Below, one piece after another: positions 25,501 to 33,728 of a stretch of 64,000 bases of DNA. The stretch spans positions 2,488,182-2,552,181 of the forward strand of contig CM119263.1 in NCBI GenBank assembly GCA_051294375.1, in the 5' to 3' direction. How positions within the stretch are numbered: position 1 is the first letter of the stretch; each line of letters starts with the position of its first letter. This DNA comes from Paraspadella gotoi (Eukaryota > Animalia > Chaetognatha). A model generated the notes under the pieces. It was not told the origin of the DNA. It saw only the letters and a program-made list of their open reading frames with translations, and did not search any database. A program made the position numbers and the translations under genes.

Positions 25501-28500
25501 TGGGTACCCCAGGGAAATTCGACAGGGTACGCTCTTTGAAAGTATGATAAAACCCTGTAGTGGAGTAGTTTACTTCAAAGTTTCTGACAAAGCAATGACA
25601 GAAAGGTTGTTGAAAAGAGCCAAGACAAGTGGCAGAGTTGATGATAACAAAGAAACTATTAAAAATCGTCTTGCCATCTTTCATCAATCAACGCAACCAG
25701 TTGTTGGGCACTATAAAGCTAAAAGAATGCTTGTTGAAATTAATGCGGAAGGAGATATTTATGATATCGCAAATGAGTCATTGACCAAAGTAGATAAAAT
25801 ATTTCATCCACCGCCAGTTGACATTTATGACAAGATTAACAGAAGCTGGATGACAATACCTCGAAAAAATTACCTCAAAGTTAAACATTACTACGATAAT
25901 GATTATACATTTATACACGATAAGGTTAATGATTGCCCAATGAGGATATCATGGTATAACTTTTGTAAAGTTAAACATTATTATACAGAGAATGATATAA
26001 AAATCTCCCCACGGCCGGGAGATAAAACACTTTACGTTGAAATTTATGATAGAATTAACGTTGGATACATGAGGGTTTCGTGGGACGTTTACCAAAGCGT
26101 TAAACATTATTACGACCCGCCAAATCTCAAAGAGAAGATCATAGTTTTCGTTTGCGGTGGCCCAGGCAGCGGAAAAGGAACACAATGCGAAAAGATCGTC
26201 AAGAAATACGGTTTCACTCATTTATCATCCGGAGATCTTCTTCGGGACGAAGTCGCATCCGGGTCTTTGAGAGGTGCCGAAATTAAGAAACTGATGAAAT
26301 CCGGGAAACTAGTTCCCCTGGAAACGGTTTTGACTTTGGTCAAGGACGCGATGATCGATAAAGGACATTTGACCAACGGATTCCTGATCGACGGATATCC
26401 TAGAGAAATAGAACAAGGAAAACAGTTCGAAGAAATGATCGCTCCTTGCAGAGCCATCATTTATTTCGAAGTTTCCGACAAGGAAATGACCAAGAGATTG
26501 TTGAACAGAGGAAAATCGTCCGGCCGAGTCGACGATAACGAGAGAACTATCAAGAAAAGATTAGCCACTTTCCACGAAGCCACTAAACCAGTGGTGAGTC
26601 ACTACGAGGATCAAGGAAAACTGGTCGCCATCAACGCAGAGAGAACCCCCGACGAAATTTTCAAAGACGTCTCGAAAAATATAGATAAGATAATCTTGCA
26701 CGATCCGAAAGTGTTGTTCATCGTCGGAGGCCCCGGATGTGGTAAAGGAACTCAATGCGAAATGTTGGTCAAGAAATTCGGATTGACTCATCTCTCATCC
26801 GGGGATTTGTTGAGAGAAGCCGTCGCCTCGAAATCCCCGATCGGTCAACAATTGGACGAAGCGATGAAGAGAGGAGAATTAGTTTCACTCGCCGTCGTAC
26901 TCGAGCTGATCAAGGAAGCGATGATCAGAGCCGCGTTCAAAGGCAGCAAAGGATTTCTCATCGATGGATATCCGAGAGAGATAGAACAAGGAAAGAAATT
27001 CGAGGAGGGCATCAAACCTTGCGACAAATGTCTCTATTTCAACGTCTCCGATCGAACCATGACGTCCAGGCTCCTCAAACGGGCGAGGACGAGCGGCAGA
27101 GTCGACGACAACGCGGAAACGATCGAAAAACGTTTGGTCACTTTTCACAAATCGACTCAACCCGTCGTCTCTCATTATCAGAGAAAAGAGAAACTCGCGG
27201 AAATTCCGGCGGAAGGAAGTAAAGAGGACATTTTCGCCTCGGCCTGTAAATACGTCGAGATGGTTTTCAAACCGCATTTAGATTTAAGAACGAAACGCAT
27301 CATCTTCGTCTGCGGCGGACCCGGCAGCGGGAAAGGAACTCAATGCGAGAAGATCGTAGCCAATTACGGATTCACTCACCTCTCTTCTGGCGACCTCTTG
27401 AGACACGAGGTCGCCTCGGGCTCCTTGATCGGGAGAGAGTTGAACGCGATGATGAAAGAGGGAAAGCTCGTTCCCATGGAAACCGTTTTGAAGCTGTTGA
27501 AGGACGCCATGTTGGCGAAATCGGAATTCGCCAACGGATTCCTCATCGACGGATATCCGCGAGAGATCGCGCAGGCGCAAAAGTTCGAGGAGATGGTCGC
27601 TCCTTGCAAAGGCGTCGTTTATTTCGAAGTCTCCGACGGTGAAATGACCAACAGGCTCTTGCAACGCGGGCAAAGCTCGGGTCGTGTGGACGATAACGAA
27701 GAGACCATCAAGAGCAGACTTGCCACATTCCATCAGGCGACGGCGCCGTTGACGACTCATTATAACAAACAAGGAAAGTTATTCAAGGTCAACGCGGAGA
27801 CGACGCCCGACGAGATATTCGATGACGTCCAGAAGGCAGTAGACAAGATCATTCTCAGCGATTGCAAAGTACTCTTCGTTGTTGGCGGGCCGGGCAGCGG
27901 GAAAGGCGAGTAGATGGATGAATGAGTTAGGGTTAAGAGTGATGGATTTGAGTATAAGGGACCATTAAGTAATAGAGTGATGTGAAAATAATATAACATA
28001 TAGAATATAAAAATAAAAAACCAATAAAAATACTTTAATAATTTTATTGTTTTAATTTTATATATTAGTAAGCACTAGTGAGCTATATTTACATATAATA
28101 AATATATAATAAACTAAAATTTCAAAATACAAATTTTTAAATTTTAGGATTGGATTTGAATTCCTAACAAAAAGTTAGTATAAGAAAGTATAATTCTTTT
28201 TTAAAAATTCTTACATTAAGTTAGTCAAAAAACTTAAAAAAAGAAGAAAAGAAAAAAGAGAGGAAGACAAAGATATTTTATGTACATCTTATTCATTTTC
28301 CAATCCATTATATTAAATACAAGGCTGCTCAAATCCTTTTCAAATGACCTAATTTTACACATGCCATTTAAAAAAAAAGGAACCCAATGCAAGCGGCTCA
28401 AGCGAGACTTCAACCTCGCTCACATCTCCTCCGGCGACCTCTTGCGAGACGAAGTCGCTTCCGGATCGCAGATGGGCAAATCCTTGGCCGTCATCATGAA

Positions 28501-28906
28501 GAAGGGCGACCTTGTTCCCTTGGAAACCGTCCTGACCCTGATCCGCAAGGCGATGGTCAAAGCGGCCCTGAGCGGTTACAAGGGCTTCCTCATCGACGGA
28601 TATCCGCGCGAGGTGAAGCAGGGCGCCATGTTCGAGTCGATGATCAAACCGTGCGACGGATGCCTCTACTTCAACGTCTCCGACGAAACGATGGTGGAGA
28701 GACTGTTGAGCCGCGGCGTGTCCAGCGGAAGAGCAGACGACAAGGAGGAAACCATCAAGAAGCGTTTGGTGACCTTCCACGATTTGACGGAACCAGTCAT
28801 CGAGTATTACAAGCAGAAGGATAAGATCATTGAAGTCATTGCGGAAGGAGACGTGGATGAGATCTATGCCGACGCGATCGAAGGTTTATTACCCATTTTC
28901 GACTGA
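13269..28906 (+). CDS. Giant ~4000-aa fusion protein: ADA-like pseudoenzyme domain + 15 tandem adenylate kinase domains + 6 copies of a ~98-aa repeat (spliced gene, 9 coding exons)
   Basis: Manual splicing gives exons 13269-13347, 13694-13875, 14237-14378, 15265-15421, 15687-15786, 16623-16754, 17055-17336, 17507-27905 and 28380-28906. Phases match at all junctions except 6/7, which is ambiguous by 1 nt. Exons 1 and 2 carry 2-nt and 1-nt deletions that are absent from the duplicate at 82-162 and 513-640. Exon 8 begins GAC GAG AGT CAC (DESHRNALIER), in frame with the 3457-aa ORF at 17540. Confidence 0.82.
13694..13875 (+). CDS. ADA-like domain exon 2 (VELHCRLEGCVRPKTIWDLAQEKRIPLP...WLKNISCT)
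   Basis: ttccag| acceptor and ACG|GTAG donor. Matches human ADA [28 protein letters not shown]. It has a 1-nt deletion relative to the copy at 513-640. Confidence 0.8.
14004..14230 (+). repeat. ~40-nt minisatellite in ADA intron 2
   Basis: About 6 degenerate units of caaatcaagtaaatagaaccaatc(g/a)aa..gtgac.agctc. Related sequence at about 860-1100 and 2192-2275. Confidence 0.75.
14237..14378 (+). CDS. ADA-like domain exon 3 (VPIVKLYFHVCRGDAAAIKRTAMEMLEDKANEGVIYVEVRYPPGMMA)
   Basis: ttcag| acceptor and G|GTGAG donor. Matches ADA [36 protein letters not shown]. Confidence 0.88.
15265..15421 (+). CDS. ADA-like domain exon 4 (GPGLTMEQVALAVQDGFNVLSKQRGDTITGRSILVIDRERPQEADAIVEIAKR)
   Basis: tcag| acceptor and AG|GTAGG donor, phase 1 to 2. 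Matches ADA LTPDEVVALVGQGL...ARSILCCMRHQP. Confidence 0.85.
15687..15786 (+). CDS. ADA-like domain exon 5 (LKSKGVVGIALSGDENTIHENNPTHAAIAKAFE)
   Basis: cgcag| acceptor and GAA|GTGAGT donor. Matches ADA VVAIDLAGDE...HVQAYQ. Confidence 0.85.
15920..16468 (+). mobile_element. Foldback/MITE-like dispersed repeat, copy 1
   Basis: Colinear with 50334-51087 (gaccaaattcaaattttaatgggaacag...aacttctgacccaccc). It has imperfect internal inverted symmetry, for example tgtcaaaaattttt / aaaaatttttgaca and gattctgatagagctt / aagctatttgaatc. Confidence 0.65.
16623..16754 (+). CDS. ADA-like domain exon 6 (KAKKLRLHRTVNNGQGGEGSSWNVKEAITRLNAERIGHGYKFFE)
   Basis: cccag| acceptor. Matches ADA IHRTVHAGE...VKEAVDILKTERLGHGY. 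The donor is uncertain: GAAG|GCAAAG is one base out of phase with the next exon. Confidence 0.85.
17055..17336 (+). CDS. ADA-like domain exon 7 (DPELMRLAKDKGIHFEICPYSS...SINTSDPT...AARASFQ)
   Basis: ctcag| acceptor and CAG|GTGAGT donor. Matches ADA HFEICPWSS...YSLNTDDP...AAKSSFL. Confidence 0.9.
17507..27905 (+). CDS. Giant 10.4-kb exon: end of ADA fold, linker, AK domains 1-14, start of AK15, and three repeat blocks
   Basis: Uninterrupted 3457-aa ORF. GGPG[S/A/C]GKG P-loops start at about 17918, 18515, 19109, 19688, 20270, 21470, 22040, 23534, 24104, 24692, 25262, 26156, 26726, 27314 and 27884. Most domains also have HLSSGDLLR, GxLVP, FLIDGYPRE and the short LID RxxxSGRxDDN of AK1/UMP-CMP-kinase type. 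Confidence 0.95.
20834..21424 (+). repeat. Coding repeat block 1: two ~98-aa units between AK5 and AK6
   Basis: Units begin VEIWDRINNGYMTV and VDIFDKINHCWMAV. Each has three IxDxxNxxxMxVxWxxYxxVKHxY sub-repeats and an (R/H)PGDxTL linker. Confidence 0.9.
22601..23491 (+). repeat. Coding repeat block 2: three ~98-aa units between AK7 and AK8
   Basis: Units begin TQIWDRVNNCF, VKIWDKVNHTW and VDIYDKVNDSW. Each contains SP(R/K)PGDxT(I/L)YV. Confidence 0.9.
25817..26113 (+). repeat. Coding repeat block 3: one ~98-aa unit between AK11 and AK12
   Basis: VDIYDKINRSWMTIPRKNYLKVKHYY...SPRPGDKTLYVEIYDRINVGYMRVSWDVYQSVKHYY. Confidence 0.9.
28380..28906 (+). CDS. Terminal exon completing AK domain 15 (G|TQCKRLKRDFNLAHISSGDLLR...EGLLPIFD*)
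   Basis: Joins to GGPGSGK G| through the GC donor AAAG|GCGAGT at 27906 and the acceptor AAAAAAAAAG| at 28379, restoring GKGTQC. AATAAA at about 28987. Confidence 0.9.
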
Positions 28907-31546
28907 AATTCCTCTATTTTTTTCCCCCGTCAATTTGAATTTCGGTGCCAAGTCGTACTACCGGTTTTTTTTTTGTTTTTTTTTAAAATAAAAATAGATT
29001 TATTATGTTTATTTCACGGAGGAAAACAACACGTTCACTATGTAAAATCATACCCCTTTTTCTTTATTGTTGTTTACTGTGCCTTATTTGATTGAAAATG
29101 TCCTAAATACCTATGTTTGCTCGTTTTACCTATTTTCACTTATTTATCCAGAGAAGTTTTAGATAAATCATTTAAACGAGAAACTGAAAGGGAGAAAATA
29201 AATTTTTTCGTCATGTTTTACTGTTTTTAAATGTCTACAATTGCATATATTTAAATAACTAAATCGACAGGTTGCTCTCAACCATGAACTTCGTAGTTTC
29301 ATGATGAAGCAAAGTTGCTGCTTCCACAATTGACAGTAACCTATACAGTATACACATTTTAACGAACAGCCACTATAATAGACGGTTAATAAGACATCTG
29401 TGAAAAATAACTGTCTGAGTCTAAAATAGCTGTTCTATACTAATCTATTTAATCAAATGAATTCAATGAATTATTTTGTACAAATATCATTTACAGAAAT
29501 CAATGATATGTAATAAATAATGTTAGAAATAGAAGTAGATATTTATGCTATACTTTTACATCTTGTTTTTAATGTTATTCACAAGAATAGCGTAAAATAT
29601 GTGATGCAAAACGACTTATTTGGATGCAGGTTAATATTACCTAGCTTCGACTAACACACTGTAGATAAAGAGACAAAACAAATCACCTTGATGCAATAAT
29701 CAATATAATAATTTTTTTTCTAAAATAGCTTTTTAAAAAAATTTCGAAATAGATTTTTAAAAAATGATGATGCTTGATCCTTGGTATTTAAAGCATTCAA
29801 CCATCTTAAAAATAACGTAAATATAAATTGGCCATGAGTGCCAATATAAATATTGAATAATAATATTATAATTTCCTGCATTCTTACAATACAAGTTACA
29901 AAAAAAAAGCTTATGAAAAGACAATTCGTCGAATACATTTAGAAATCTTTTCAAATATCAACTTTCAATTCTATATTTAACAACGGAAACGCGTTAAAGA
30001 ACGAAACGAACCACATCACAGATGCCAAATCTCAGCAGTCTCTGAACCCCCCCCCCCTTCCTTACGGGTCCTGTTTTGCAACGCGGCATACTTATCTTTC
30101 GACCTCTCCAATGGAGAGTCTCCATTAGATGTCACAGACAGAGTCAGTCTACTTAGACTGATAGAAACGCAATCAAATCACTGTCATCGCTTTATTAGCT
30201 TTACTGCCTTAGCTTTGCCCTATCAAAACTAGTCATTTTTTGAAGAATGTGGTCATGATCGCGAATAATAAAATGTATAATCCTTATCAACCCCAGTTAT
30301 CTTTATTCATTATCTTTAATCTTCAACAATATGAATCGTTAACGAAACTTTAACCTGAGGTAAATTAAACGTTTTTATTTTTAAACTAATGCAGTTTTTT
30401 CTCTTCTTTATTTACAAGATGGGAGGGGACGGAGAAGGAAAGTGAGACTCAATGAGAGCGAACGTTGTTGTTGTTGCTTGACGACAATAGTGCATCCTAG
30501 TCGCCAAATATCAATTGTTCGTTTGTTATTAAGAGGATACTTTTGAGAATATTCAAAAATGAAATATACTGTATAGATTTAAAATTATTTACAAAAACTG
30601 GGCGAAATCGGAGACTTAGTAGAATGTTTTTATTTGGTTATCGAAGTTAGAAGATAAACTTTTCGATTAATAGAGCTGCTTCGACAAGCTACCGTAAAGA
30701 TAACTGTTACAACAGTTACAAATTACAAAATTGTAACTATATACAATTTGCATTAAATCACAATAAATACAGTAAATAGATATTTACAATAAAAAACGTG
30801 CTTAAGATCGTTGACAGATGGTTATATATAAAGATTTTTGTTTTAGCTTTAGAATAAAAATATTGAGAAAAATAAAATAAGCGCATTCACATCACTAATA
30901 AATAGATTAAGATACAATAACTGTAACAAAAGTGAAATCAAATAAGTTTAGTACAAAAGTAAAGGGCGAACCTGAAGTGGTGAATGAAACCAATTGCGTA
31001 CAATCAAACTAAAAGTTTGGCGTTCACAAATATAACTTGGGCTGATTGAGTTAAGTCATAAATATTATATTTAGTCTTCGTGTAAAAATTTGGAATTTTT
31101 CAAATAATAAAATATAAATATATTTTAATTATAAACTGCTAGAAAGTAGGAAGTTGGAGGAACCAAGATTAAAGAGAGGAAGGGAGGAAAAATGGCAGAA
31201 AACGGAGAAGAGTTACGTTAAGTTTAAGAATGAGAACGAATACATGTAAATACTGATATCATCAGTATATGCATACGATTGAAGATTATCAAAATAATAA
31301 GAGTAATTATAATGAAAATGATCAAGACTACTTAAAACAAAACAATTCTAAATTTAACCACGAACTTTTCTAAATTGTCAAACGACATAAACATTGATTA
31401 ATAATTTTGTATCAATATTATTGCAAAGAAATACGCTTCAGAATCGCGTGATTTAAGCACCAATGTCTCCTCGTATCGGAACGTTCCGCGTAATCGAGTT
31501 TTGTAACTCATCTGTTTACGCGCCACGCTACGCTTTTCGCCATGCG

Positions 31547-31696
31547 TCACGCGTGTTCTTTCTCCCTGTCGAAGTCCTGCGACGGGAAAGAGGTGGGTTC
31601 CCAGAATGACCGCGACGTCGAACGCTGAGCCCAGACTTTTCGTCGCAAGGTGGCCTCCGCGTTGGAGGAAATCATGAGAGTCTTGACCACGTCATT
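31547..31696 (-). CDS. PMCA: PMCA alternative last exon, a-like (NDVVKTLMISSNAEATLRRKVWAQRSTSRSFWEPTSFPSQDFDREKEHA*)
   Basis: T-rich tract then ccgcag|, phase 0, 49 codons plus TGA. xDVVxT resembles the vertebrate a-form MDVVNTF. Confidence 0.65.
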   Translation of the reverse strand, partial: NDVVKTLMISSNAEATLRRKVWAQRSTSRSFWEPTSFPSQDFDREKEHA

Positions 31697-32539
31697 CTGC
31701 GGCGTCCGAAAACGAATCAAAAACGAAAAACAAAAGCAGCGAAAACGAGAAAAGTAATTAAGTAAAATAAATAAGATATCGAGTCCAGTTAAAGCGTGTC
31801 ACGCGGCCGGATCGCTTATGGCTCAGTGAGGCCATCTCCAAGGACCATGGCGGTGATAAAGAAAAATTGGAAGATGTCAAAACTTCCGATTTTTCTTATA
31901 TTTTAAACCATTTAAACAATTTTAATTCAAATTACATCATACTCAAAAAATAATATATTCTATAATTGATTAAGCCTACCTAAATTATCAATAATAATCA
32001 TTTAATATTAAACTCATTCCTTTTTCTTACATTCTCTTTCAGCATTAAACTCACTCCAAACCCTAAACTTAGCCCAAATATTAAACATATTATGTATTAA
32101 AGTTTAAAATATTAATATAGACTGAGGGGCATGATTTTATCAGAATACATGTGAATTGTTACAATAAGTTTCTTACCATATTGGATCATCCATTTATTTT
32201 AAATATAAAAATTATTCAAACTGTAAGGTGCTAAAAAAATTGATCTAATGTGTCGATCTTCGCAGCGTGCGAGTGAGCCTAGCGAGGTGGAGGAGAGAGT
32301 GGCCTCCTAGCCGTCGCACAGTGAGCTACGTCGTGGATCAAATGTCGAAAAAGAGAAAGTCAAAGAAGTATTGACGTCATTTGTAGTAGTAAGTCTTCCA
32401 TGTGCAATCAAAAGCGAACCCATTATCCGGCAAAGGTCAATTTTTAACATAATTTATCCTTAAATATTTTTAAATGGTTTTACAAAAGACGTTTTAAAAA
32501 GATGTTTAATTATAAAAAAATCAATAAAAATTATTACCC

Positions 32540-33331
32540 AACTACCCTAAACCCTTTTAACCCTAACCACTCTTAACCCTAATCAACCCCAAAACCCTAA
32601 CCCCTAACCTAACTTTAAGCAACAACTTTATTCATTTTGTAACAGTTATTTTAAGATACCAGATTTGATAGATTTGATAGATGCCAAGCAACAGTCAAGA
32701 TTGCAAGGTCAACAACGCCCCCCCAAGCCAATTCAGAAACGCCGCCGCCAGATCTGGCGTGATTAACAATTAAAACAAGTTTGAGCAAACAATGTCGGAT
32801 CTGCCCACTAAGGCGTAATGAAAGTTACATATGAAAATTCTAAAAGTTAATTATGAACAACATACCATCAGTGACCAGTAATTTGTAAAAAAAAATTAAT
32901 TTTTGCAGTAGNNNNNNNNNNATTATTACCCAACTACCCTAAACCCTTTTAACCCTAACCACTCTTAACCCTAATCAACCCCAAAACCCTAACCCCTAAC
33001 CTAACTTTAAGCAACAACTTTATTCATTTTGTAACAGTTATTTTAAGATACCAGATTTGATAGATTTGATAGATGCCAAGCAACAGTCAAGATTGCAAGG
33101 TCAACAACGNNNNNNNNNNCGACATTGTTTGCTCAAACTTGTTTTTTCTAATAAAAGAGAGGGCCTCACACAATTTTTGGCTAAATTTTACTTTCACCGA
33201 CCGCGGTTTTGGCGGCTTTTGAAAAAACACTTAAAAATACTTATTTTTAAAAAAAATTAAAAAAATATTACCTAACTACCCTAAACCCTCTTAACCCTAA
33301 ACCACCCTTAACCCTAACCCCTCCCTAACCC
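32540..33331 (+). repeat. Degenerate (CCCTAA)n telomere-like tracts
   Basis: accctaaaccc..taaccctaacc.. tracts at about 32540-32613, 32931-33005 and 33270-33331. Confidence 0.6.
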
Positions 33332-33504
33332 CGGTCCGTGAAAGTAAAAGTAACCAATTCTTTTATTCCATCAGAATACAAAAAATATTCCTTAATTCAT
33401 AAAAAATATTCCTTACTTATTAACAAGAGATAAAAATTTTCGAAAAGTAGTGCTGTAGTCGAGCATTGCCTAAGTTCACCACGCCTATAAGAAAGAATCC
33501 TTCA

Positions 33505-33728
33505 GTTGTGTCCCGATGGCTCATTACATAAAGCCATCAGCTTATGAACACTCGGTACCGGGTTCAATCCCAACCCGGTACCTACCCTGTGGGAAGCGTG
33601 AGGATGGCCGTAAACAGCCTTTGGTGCCTGGAAAACCCTTAAGCCTGGTTCCAAGCCCAGGACCCGTTCCATGGCGAGTAGTCGGGTCGCAACTAAAAAC
33701 CTACAGGCAATTGAGCTGTTTAATAGTC
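33505..33728 (+). mobile_element. Second tRNA-derived SINE-like element
   Basis: A-box-like TGGCTCATTAC and B-box GGGTTCAATCCC at typical spacing, followed by a ~150-nt GC-richer body in AT-rich DNA. Single copy in the window. Confidence 0.45.

Noticed and set aside
17540-27913. Treating the 3457-aa ORF as a complete intronless (or prokaryotic) gene
   Set aside because: It is open upstream to an acceptor at 17506 and ends mid P-loop at a GC donor, so it is an internal exon of a spliced gene.
28280-28379. N-terminal part of the 208-aa ORF (MYILFIFQ...)
   Set aside because: Intronic read-through; AK homology starts at 28380.
17480-28824. Many short antisense and alternate-frame ORFs over the AK array
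   Set aside because: Shadows of the real + strand frame; they recur with the domain periodicity.
17918-28906. AK array as an assembly expansion artefact
   Set aside because: The domains differ extensively in amino acids and synonymous sites, and the frame is intact for over 10 kb. That is not expected from a collapsed or duplicated read.
32250-32410. GC-richer island as another PMCA terminal exon
   Set aside because: No convincing acceptor with a phase-0 frame resembling the CaM-domain half, and frames on both strands stop quickly.
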